Origin: Eledone cirrhosa
Lineage: Eukaryota
Direction of reading: 5' to 3'
Length of the DNA: 64,000 bases
Assembly: GCA_964016885.1 (NCBI GenBank)
Contig: OZ024741.1
Coordinates: forward strand, 21,452,001-21,516,000
Shown one piece after another: positions 52,401-64,000 of the stretch (positions are counted from its first letter, which is position 1; each line of letters opens with the position of its first letter). The notes under the pieces were generated by a model. That model ran no database searches, was not told the DNA's origin, and saw only the letters and a list, made by a program, of their open reading frames with translations. The translations under genes and the position numbers were made by a program.

Positions 52401-55400
52401 CAACCAAGACACTTTATTACATGTTGTGTTTTCTACCAAGACACTTTACTACATGTTGCTTTCTCAACCATGACACTTTATTACATGTTATGTTCTCAAC
52501 CAAGGTACTTTAATACATGTGTTCTCAAGCAAGACACTTTGTTACATGTGTTCACAAGCAAGACACTTTATTACATGTGTTCTCAACCAAGGCACTTTAT
52601 TACATGTTGTGTTCTCAACCAAGACACTCTATTACATGTTGTGTTCTCAACCAAGACACTTTATTACATGTTATGTTCTCAACCAAGACACTTTATTACA
52701 TGTGTTCTCAAGCAAGACACTTCATTACATGTGTTCTCAAGCAAGACACTTTATTACATGTGTTCTCAAGCAAGACACTTTGTTACATGTGTTCTCAAGC
52801 AAGACACTTTATTACATGTGTTCTCAACCAAGGCACTTTATTACATGTTGTGTTCTCAACCAAGACACTTTATTACATGTGTTCTCAAGCATGACACTTT
52901 ACTACATGTTGTGTTCTCAATCATGACACTTTATTACATGTTGTGTTCTCAACCAAGACACTTCATTACATGTTATGTTCTCAACCATGAGACTTTATTA
53001 CATGTGTTCTCAACCATGACACTTTACTACATGTGTTATCAATCATGACACTTTATTACATGTTGTTCTCAACCAAGACTCTTTATTACATGTTGTGTTC
53101 TCAACCAAGGCACTTTATTACATGTTATGTTCTCAACAAAGACATTTTATTACATGTGTTCTCAACCAAGACACTTTATTACATGTTGTGTTCTCAACGA
53201 AGACACTTTATTACATGTGTTCTCAACCAAGACAATTTATTATATGTGTTCTCAACCAAGACACTTTATTACATGTTATGTTCTCAACCAAGACACTTTA
53301 TTACATGGGTTCTCAAGCAAGACACTTTATTACATGTTATGTTCTCAACCAAGGTACTTTAATACATGTGTTCTCAAGCAAGACACTTTGTTACATGTGT
53401 TCACAAGCAAGACACTTTATTACATGTGTTCTCAACCAAGGCACTTTATTACATGTTGTGTTCTCAACCAAGACACTTTATTACATGTTGTGTTCTCAAC
53501 CAAGACACTTTATTACATGTTATGTTCTCAACCAAGACACTTTATTACATGTGTTCTCAACCAAGACACTTTATTACATGTTGTGTTCTCAAGCAATACA
53601 TTTATTACATGTGTTCTCAACCAAGACACTTTTTTACATGTTATGTTCTCAACCAAGACACTTTATTACATGTGTTCTCTACCAAGACACTTTACTACAT
53701 GTTGTGTTCTCAACCATGACACTTTATTACATGTTATGTTCTCAACCAAGACACTTCATTACATGTGTTCTCAAGCAAGACACTTTATTACATGTGTTCT
53801 CAACCAAGACTCTTTATTATATGTTATGTTCTCAACCATGACACTTTATTACATGTGTTCTCAAGCATGACACTTTACTACATGTTGTGTTCTCAATCAT
53901 GACACTTTATTACATGTTATGTTCTCAACCAAGACACTTTATTACATGTGTTCTCAAGCAAGACACTTTATTACATGTTGTGTTCTCAACCAAGACACTT
54001 CATTACATGTTATGTTCTCAACCATGACACTTTATTACATGTGTTCTCAACCATGACACTTTACTACATGTGTTCTCAATCATGACACTTTATTACATGT
54101 TATGTTCTCAACCAAGACACTTTATTACATGTTGTGTTCTCAACCAAGACACTTTATTACATGTTATGTTCTCAACAAAGACATTTTATTACATGTGTTC
54201 TCAACCAAGACACTTTATTACATGTTGTGTTCTCAACCAAGACACTTTATTACATGTGTTCTCGACCAAGACACTTTATTACATGTGTTCTCAACCAAGA
54301 CACTTTATTACATGTTGTGTTCTCAACCATGACACTTTATTACATGTTGTGTTCTCAACCAAGACACTTTATTACATGTTATGTTCTCAATCAAGACACT
54401 TTATTACATGTCTTCTCAAGCAAGACACTTTATTACATATGTTCTCAACCAAGACACTTTATTACATGTTATGTTCTCAACCAAGACACTTTATTACATG
54501 TGTTCTTAACCAAGACACTTTATTACATGTGTTCTCAACCATGACACTTTATTACATGTTGTGTTCTCAACCAAGACACTTTATTATATGGTGTGTTCTC
54601 AAACAAGACACTTTATTACATGTTGTGTTCTCAACCAAGCCACTTTATTACATGTTATGTTCTCAACCAAGACACTTTATTACATGTTATGTTCTCAACC
54701 ATGACACTTTATTACATGTTGTGTTCTCAACCATGACACTTTATTACATGTTGTGTTCTCAACCATGACACTTTATTACATTTTGTCTTCTCAACCATGA
54801 TACTTTATTACATGTTGTGTTCTCAACCAAGACACTTTATTACATGTTGTGTTCTCAACCAAGACACTTTATTACATGTTGTGTTTTCTACCAAGACACT
54901 TTACTACATGTTGCTTTCTCAACCATGACACTTTATTACATGTTATGTTCTCAACCAAGGTACTTTAATACATGTGTTCTCAAGCAAGACACTTTGTTAC
55001 ATGTGTTCACAAGCAAGACACTTTATTACATGTGTTCTCAACCAAGGCACTTTATTACATGTTGTGTTCTCAACCAAGACACTCTATTACATGTTGTGTT
55101 CTCAACCAAGACACTTTATTACATGTTATGTTCTCAACCAAGACACTTTATTACATGTGTTCTCAACCAAGACACTTTATTACATGTTGTGTTCTCAACC
55201 AAGACACTTTATTACATGTGTTCTCTACCAAGACACTTTACTACATGTTGTGTTCTCAACCATGACACTTTATTACATGTTATGTTCTCAACCAAGACAC
55301 TTCATTACATGTGTTCTCAAGCAAGACACTTTATTACATGTGTTCTCAACCAAGACTCTTTATTATATGTTATGTTCTCAACCATGACACTTTATTACAT

Positions 55401-58400
55401 GTGTTCTCAAGCATGACACTTTACTACATGTTGTGTTCTCAATCATGACACTTTATTACATGTTATGTTCTCAACCAAGACACTTTATTACATGTGTTCT
55501 CAAGCAAGACACTTTATTACATGTTGTGTTCTCAACCAAGACACTTCATTACATGTTATGTTCTCAACCATGACACTTTATTACATGTGTTCTCAACCAT
55601 GACACTTTACTACATGTGTTCTCAATCATGACACTTTATTACATGTTATGTTCTCAACCAAGACACTTTATTACATGTTGTGTTCTCAACCAAGACACTT
55701 TATTACATGTTATGTTCTCAACAAAGACATTTTATTACATGTGTTCTCAACCAAGACACTTTATTACATGTTGTGTTCTCAACCAAGACACTTTATTACA
55801 TGTGTTCTCGACCAAGACACTTTATTACATGTGTTCTCAACCAAGACACTTTATTACATGTTGTGTTCTCAACCATGACACTTTATTACATGTTGTGTTC
55901 TCAACCAAGACACTTTATTACATGTTATGTTCTCAACCAAGACACTTTATTACATGTCTTCTCAAGCAAGACACTTTATTACATATGTTCTCAACCAAGA
56001 CACTTTATTACATGTTATGTTCTCAACCAAGACACTTTATTATATGGTGTGTTTTCAAACAAGACACTTTATTACATGTTGTGTTCTCAACCAAGCCACT
56101 TTATTACATGTTATGTTCTCAACCAAGACACTTTATTACATGTTATGTTCTCAACCATGACACTTTATTACATGTTGTGTTCTCAACCATGACACTTTAT
56201 TACATGTTGTGTTCTCAACCATGACACTTTATTACATTTTGTCTTCTCAACCATGATACTTTATTACATGTTGTGTTCTCAACCAAGACACTTTATTACA
56301 TGTGTTCTCAACCAAGACACTTTATTACATGTTGTGTTTTCTACCAAGACACTTTACTACATGTTGCTTTCTCAACCATGACACTTTATTACATGTTATG
56401 TTCTCAACCAAGACACTTTGTTACATGTGTGCTCAAGCAAGACACTTTATTACATGTTATGTTCTCAACCATGACACTTTACTACATGTGTTCTCAACCA
56501 TGACACTTCATTACATTTTGTCTTCTCAACCATGATACTTTATTACATGTTGTGTTCTCAACCATGACACTTTATTATATGTGTTCTCAACCAAGACACT
56601 TTATTACGTGTTCTCAACCAAGACACTTTATTACATGTTATGTTCTCAACCAAGACAATTTATTACATGTTGTGTTCTCAACCAAGACACTTTACTACAT
56701 GTGTTTTCAACCATGACACTTTATTACATGTGTTCTCAACCAAGACACTTTATTACATGTTATGTTCTACACCATGACACTTTATTACATGTTGTGTTCT
56801 CAACCAAGACACTTTATTACATGTTGTGTTCTCAAGCAACACACTTTATTACATGTGTTCTCAACCAAGACACTTTATTACAAGTGTTCTCAACCATGAC
56901 ACTTTATTACATGTGTTCTCAACTAATACACTTTATTACATGTTGTGTTCTCAACCAAGACACTTTATTACATGTGTTCTCAAGCAAGACACTTCATTAC
57001 ATGTGTTCTCAAGCAAGACACTTTATTACATGTGTTCTCAAGCAAGACACTTTGTTACATGTGTTCTCAAGCAAGACACTTTATTACATGTGTTCTCAAC
57101 CAAGGCACTTTATTACATGTTGTGTTCTCAACCAAGACACTTTATTACATGTGTTCTCAAGCATGACACTTTACTACATGTTGTGTTCTCAATCATGACA
57201 CTTTATTACATGTTATGTTCTCAACCAAGACACTTTATTACATGTGTTCTCAAGCAAGACACTTTATTACATGTTGTGTTCTCAACCAAGACACTTCATT
57301 ACATGTTATGTTCTCAACCATGAGACTTTATTACATGTGTTCTCAACCATGACACTTTACTACATGTGTTATCAATCATGACACTTTATTACATGTTATG
57401 TTCTCAACCAAGACTCTTTATTACATGTTGTGTTCTCAACCAAGGCACTTTATTACATGTTATGTTCTCAACAAAGACATTTTATTACATGTGTTCTCAA
57501 CCAAGACACTTTATTACATGTTGTGTTCTCAACGAAGACAATTTATTACATGTGTTCTCAACCAAGACACTTTATTACATGTTATGTTCTCAACCAAGAC
57601 ACTTTATTACATGGGTTCTCAAGCAAGACACTTTATTACATGTTATGTTCTCAACCAAGGTACTTTAATACATGTGTTCTCAAGCAAGACACTTTGTTAC
57701 ATGTGTTCACAAGCAAGACACTTTATTACATGTGTTCTCAACCAAGGCACTTTATTACATGTTGTGTTCTCAACCAAGACACTTTATTACATGTTGTGTT
57801 CTCAACCAAGACACTTTATTACATGTTATGTTCTCAACCAAGACACTTTATTACATGTGTTCTCAACCAAGACACTTTATTACATGTTGTGTTCTCAAGC
57901 AATACATTTATTACATGTGTTCTCAACCAAGACACTTTTTTACATGTTATGTTCTCAACCAAGACACTTTATTACATGTGTTCTCTACCAAGACACTTTA
58001 CTACATGTTGTGTTCTCAACCATGACACTTTATTACATGTTATGATCTCAACCAAGACACTTCATTACATGTGTTCTCAAGCAAGACACTTTATTACATG
58101 TGTTCTCAACCAAGACTCTTTATTATATGTTATGTTCTCAACCATGACACTTTATTACATGTGTTCTCAAGCATGACACTTTACTACATGTTGTGTTCTC
58201 AATCATGACACTTTATTACATGTTATGTTCTCAACCAAGACACTTTATTACATGTGTTCTCAAGCAAGACACTTTATTACATGTTGTGTTCTCAACCAAG
58301 ACACTTCATTACATGTTATGTTCTCAACCATGACACTTTATTACATGTGTTCTCAACCATGACACTTTACTACATGTGTTCTCAATCATGACACTTTATT

Positions 58401-61400
58401 ACATGTTATGTTCTCAACCAAGACACTTTATTACATGTTGTGTTCTCAACCAAGACACTTTATTACATGTTATGTTCTCAACAAAGACATTTTATTACAT
58501 GTGTTCTCAACCAAGACACTTTATTACATGTTGTGTTCTCAACCAAGACACTTTATTACATGTGTTCTCGACCAAGACACTTTCTTACATGTGTTCTCAA
58601 CCAAGACACTTTATTACATGTTGTGTTCTCAACCATGACACTTTATTACATGTTGTGTTCTCAACCAAGACACTTTATTACATGTCTTCTCAAGCAAGAC
58701 ACTTTATTACATATGTTCTCAACCAAGACACTTTATTACATGTTATGTTCTCAACCAAGACACTTTATTACATGTGTTCTCAACCAAGACACTTTATTAC
58801 ATGTGTTCTCAACCATGACACTTTATTACATGTTATTTTCTCAACCAAGCCACTTTATTACATGGTGTGTTCTCAAACAAGACACTTTATTACATGTTGT
58901 GTTCTCAACCAAGCCACTTTATTACATGTTATGTTCTCAACCAAGACACTTTATTACATGTTATGTTCTCAACCATGACACTTTATTACATGTTGTGTTC
59001 TCAACCATGACACTTTATTACATTTTGTCTTCTCAACCATGATACTTTATTACATGTTGTGTTCTCAACCAAGACACTTTATTACATGTTGTGTTCTCAA
59101 CCAAGACACTTTATAACATGTTGTGTTTTCTACCAAGACACTTTACTACATGTTGCTTTCTCAACCATGACACTTTATTACATGTTATGTTCTCAACCAA
59201 GACACTTTGTTACATGTGTGCTCAAGCAAGACACTTTATTACATGTGTTCTCAACCAAGACACTTTATTACATGTTATGTTCTCAACCATGACACTTTAC
59301 TACATGTTGTGTTCTCAATCATGACACTTCATTACATTTTGTCTTCTCAACCATGATACTTTATTACATGTTGTGTTCTCAACCAAGACACTTTATTATA
59401 TGTGTTCTCAACCAAGACACTTTATTACGTGTTCTCAACCAAGACACTTTATTACATGTTATGTTCTCAACCAAGACAATTTATTACATGTTGTGTTCTC
59501 AACCAAGACACTTTACTACATGTGTTTTCAACCATGACACTTCATTACATTTTGTCTTCTCAACCATGATACTTTATTACATGTTGTGTTCTCAACCAAG
59601 ACACTTTATTATATGTGTTCTCAACCAAGACACTTTATTACATGTGTTCTCAACCAAGACACTTTATTACATGTTATGTTCTACACCATGACACTTTATT
59701 ACATGTTGTGTTCTCAACCAAGACACTTTATTACATGTTGTGTTCTCAAGCAACACACTTTATTACATGTGTTCTCAACCAAGACACTTTATTACAAGTG
59801 TTCTCAACCATGACACTTTATTACATGTGTTCTCAACTAATACACTTTATTACATGTTGTGTTCTCAACCAAGACACTTTATTACATGTGTTCTCAAGCA
59901 AGACACTTCATTACATGTGTTCTCAAGCAAGACACTTTATTACATGTGTTCTCAAGCAAGACACTTTGTTACATGTGTTCTCAAGCAAGACACTTTATTA
60001 CATGTGTTCTCAACCAAGGCACTTTATTACATGTTGTGTTCTCAACCAAGACACTTTATTACATGTGTTCTCAAGCATGACACTTTACTACATGTTGTGT
60101 TCTCAATCATGACACTTTATTACATGTTATGTTCTCAACCAAGACACTTTATTACATGTGTTCTCAAGCAAGACACTTTATTACATGTTGTGTTCTCAAC
60201 CAAGACACTTCATTACATGTTATGTTCTCAACCATGAGACTTTATTACATGTGTTCTCAACCATGACACTTTACTACATGTGTTATCAATCATGACACTT
60301 TATTACATGTTATGTTCTCAACCAAGACTCTTTATTACATGTTGTGTTCTCAACCAAGGCACTTTATTACATGTTATGTTCTCAACAAAGACATTTTATT
60401 ACATGTGTTCTCAACCAAGACACTTTATTACATGTTGTGTTCTCAACGAAGACACTTTATTACATGTGTTCTCAACCAAGACAATTTATTACATGTGTTC
60501 TCAACCAAGACACTTTATTACATGTTATGTTCTCAACCAAGACACTTTATTACATGGGTTCTCAAGCAAGACACTTTATTACATGTTATGTTCTCAACCA
60601 AGGTACTTTAATACATGTGTTCTCAAGCAAGACACTTTGTTACATGTGTTCACAAGCAAGACACTTTATTACATGTGTTCTCAACCAAGGCACTTTATTA
60701 CATGTTGTGTTCTCAACCAAGACACTTTATTACATGTTGTGTTCTCAACCAAGACACTTTATTACATGTTATGTTCTCAACCAAGACACTTTATTACATG
60801 TGTTCTCAACCAAGACCTTTTATTACATGTTGTGTTCTCAAGCAATACATTTATTACATGTGTTCTCAACCAAGACACTTTTTTACATGTTATGTTCTCA
60901 ACCAAGACACTTTATTACATGTGTTCTCTACCAAGACACTTTACTACATGTTGTGTTCTCAACCATGACACTTTATTACATGTTATGTTCTCAACCAAGA
61001 CACTTCATTACATGTGTTCTCAAGCAAGACACTTTATTACATGTGTTCTCAACCAAGACTCTTTATTATATGTTATGTTCTCAACCATGACACTTTATTA
61101 CATGTGTTCTCAAGCATGACACTTTACTACATGTGTTCTCAATCATGACACTTTATTACATGTTATGTTCTCAACCAAGACACTTTATTACATGTGTTCT
61201 CAAGCAAGACACTTTATTACATGTTGTGTTCTCAACCAAGACACTTCATTACATGTTATGTTCTCAACCATGACACTTTATTACATGTGTTCTCAACCAT
61301 GACACTTTACTACATGTGTTCTCAATCATGACACTTTATTACATGTTATGTTCTCAACCAAGACACTTTATTACATGTTGTGTTCTCAACCAAGACACTT

Positions 61401-64000
61401 TATTACATGTTATGTTCTCAACAAAGACATTTTATTACATGTGTTCTCAACCAAGACACTTTATTACATGTTGTGTTCTCAACCAAGACACTTTATTACA
61501 TGTGTTCTCGACCAAGACACTTTATTACATGTGTTCTCAACCAAGACACTTTATTACATGTTGTGTTCTCAACCATGACACTTTATTACATGTTGTGTTC
61601 TCAACCAAGACACTTTATTACATGTTATGTTCTCAACCAAGACACTTTATTACATGTCTTCTCAAGCAAGACACTTTATTACATATGTTCTCAACCAAGA
61701 CACTTTATTACATGTTATGTTCTCAACCAAGACACTTTATTACATGTGTTCTTAACCAAGACACTTTATTACATGTGTTCTCAACCATGACACTTTATTA
61801 CATGTTATTTTCTCAACCAAGCCACTTTATTATATGGTGTGTTCTCAAACAAGACACTTTATTACATGTGTTCTCAACCAAGCCACTTTATTACATGTTA
61901 TGTTCTCAACCAAGACACTTTATTACATGTTATGTTCTCAACCATGACACTTTATTACATGTTGTGTTCTCAACCATGACACTTTATTACATGTTGTGTT
62001 CTCAACCATGACACTTTATTACATTTTGTCTTCTCAACCATGATACTTTATTACATGTTGTGTTCTCAACCAAGACACTTTATTACATGTTGTGTTCTCA
62101 ACCAAGACACTTTATTACATGTGTTTTCTACCAAGACACTTTACTACATGTTGCTTTCTCAACCATGACACTTTATTACATGTTATGTTCTCAACCAAGA
62201 CACTTTGTTACATGTGTGCTCAAGCAAGACACTTTATTACATGTGTTCTCAACCAAGACACTTTATTACATGTTATGTTCTCAACCATGACACTTTACTA
62301 CATGTGTTCTCAACCATGACACTTCATTACATTTTGTCTTCTCAACCATGATACTTTATTAGATGTTGTGTTCTCAACCATGACACTTTATTATATGTGT
62401 TCTCAACCAAGACACTTTATTACGTGTTCTCAACCAAGACACTTTATTACATGTTATGTTCTCAACCAAGACAATTTATTACATGTGTTCTCAACCAAGA
62501 CACTTTACTACATGTGTTTTCAACCATGACACTTTATTACATGTGTTCTCAACCAAGACACTTTATTACATGTTATGTTCTACACCATGACACTTTATTA
62601 CATGTTGTGTTCTCAACCAAGACACTTTATTACATGTTGTGTTCTCAAGCAACACACTTTATTACATGTGTTCTCAACCAAGACACTTTATTACAAGTGT
62701 TCTCAACCATGACACTTTATTACATGTGTTCTCAACTAATACACTTTATTACATGTTGTGTTCTCAACCAAGACACTTTATTACATGTGTTCTCAAGCAA
62801 GACACTTCATTACATGTGTTCTCAAGCAAGACACTTTATTACATGTGTTCTCAAGCAAGACACTTTGTTACATGTGTTCTCAAGCAAGACACTTTATTAC
62901 ATGTGTTCTCAACCAAGGCACTTTATTACATGTTGTGTTCTCAACCAAGACACTTTATTACATGTGTTCTCAAGCATGACACTTTACTACATGTTGTGTT
63001 CTCAATCATGACACTTTATTACATGTTATGTTCTCAACCAAGACACTTTATTACATGTGTTCTCAAGCAAGACACTTTATTACATGTTGTGTTCTCAACC
63101 AAGACACTTCATTACATGTTATGTTCTCAACCATGAGACTTTATTACATGTGTTCTCAACCATGACACTTTACTACATGTGTTATCAATCATGACACTTT
63201 ATTACATGTTGTTCTCAACCAAGACTCTTTATTACATGTTGTGTTCTCAACCAAGGCACTTTATTACATGTTATGTTCTCAACAAAGACATTTTATTACA
63301 TGTGTTCTCAACCAAGACACTTTATTACATGTTGTGTTGTCAACGAAGACACTTTATTACATGTGTTCTCAACCAAGACAATTTATTATATGTGTTCTCA
63401 ACCAAGACACTTTATTACATGTTATGTTCTCAACCAAGACACTTTATTACATGGGTTCTCAAGCAAGACACTTTATTACATGTTATGTTCTCAACCAAGG
63501 TACTTTAATACATGTGTTCTCAAGCAAGACACTTTGTTACATGTGTTCACAAGCAAGACACTTTATTACATGTGTTCTCAACCAAGGCACTTTATTACAT
63601 GTTGTGTTCTCAACCAAGACACTTTATTACATGTTGTGTTCTCAACCAAGACACTTTATTACATGTTATGTTCTCAACCAAGACACTTTATTACATGTGT
63701 TCTCAACCAAGACACTTTATTACATGTTGTGTTCTCAAGCAATACATTTATTACATGTGTTCTCAACCAAGACACTTTTTTACATGTTATGTTCTCAACC
63801 AAGACACTTTATTACATGTGTTCTCTACCAAGACACTTTACTACATGTTGTGTTCTCAACCATGACACTTTATTACATGTTATGTTCTCAACCAAGACAC
63901 TTCATTACATGTGTTCTCAAGCAAGACACTTTATTACATGTGTTCTCAACCAAGACTCTTTATTATATGTTATGTTCTCAACCATGACACTTTATTACAT
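37489..64000 (+). repeat. Satellite array C: AT-rich 29-bp unit CATGTGTTCTCAACCAAGACACTTTATTA and 32-bp variants (+TGT or +TAT); roughly 870 units; runs off the right edge
   Basis: Directly visible head-to-tail repetition without spacers. Recurrent variants include AAGCAAG, CCATGAC, AATCATG and AAGGTACTTTAATAC. Unit count is estimated as length divided by about 30.4. Confidence 0.99.

Larger units (their letters stand above)
36720..64000 (+). other. 5' part of a second giant intron (at least 27.3 kb) of the NOC3L-like gene
   Basis: Donor GTGAGA at 36720. The expected next exon (recalled as starting FAHLIN-like) was not found in the remaining unique sequence, and everything after about 37489 is satellite. 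Confidence 0.8.

Noticed and set aside
37498-63987. Numerous overlapping Cys/His-rich ORFs (MFSTKTLYYMLCSQPRHFITC...)
   Set aside because: The unit lengths of 29 and 32 bp are not multiples of 3, so the same peptide cycles through all three frames. CCATGA variants introduce frequent stops, and there is no zinc-finger spacing.
37489-64000. CRISPR array (repeat length 29-32 bp)
   Set aside because: The units are directly adjacent with no unique spacers, there are no cas genes, and the context is a spliced eukaryotic gene.
37489-64000. ACATGT palindromes as p53-like response elements (and GTTAAC palindromes in array A)
   Set aside because: The flanks fit the RRRCWWGYYY half-site poorly and lack a properly paired second half-site. 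6-bp palindromes in a monomer are unremarkable.

Overview
This is eukaryotic (animal) genomic DNA, about 97% tandem repeat. Two unrelated satellite arrays flank a unique island of about 1.8 kb. Array A (1-35712) has a 30-bp unit GGTGGTGGTGGTGTTAAYAGTGATGATAAT. Array C (37489-64000) has a 29/32-bp unit CATGT(TRT)GTTCTCAACCAAGACACTTTATTA. The island carries two + strand exons with canonical splice sites (35741-35821 and 36619-36719). They join in frame to REKQMERLQSELLETKASEDKKKKLEY|NTKIIQHVFATYVRVLKKYPDSDLVTVVLEGLTK, which I recognise from memory as an internal segment of NOC3L/Noc3 (nucleolar complex protein 3). Both giant arrays therefore appear to be introns (at least 35.7 kb and at least 27.3 kb) of a ribosome-biogenesis gene. 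The short middle intron holds a third, ~20-bp minisatellite, interrupted by a 5'-truncated CR1-like LINE with a 14-bp target-site duplication. An RTE-like LINE 3' fragment abuts array C. Both large arrays show multi-kb higher-order structure. Almost all ORFs in the supplied track are repeat artefacts. There is no CRISPR array, RNA gene or prokaryotic system. No database search was possible, so family calls rest on recalled motifs.
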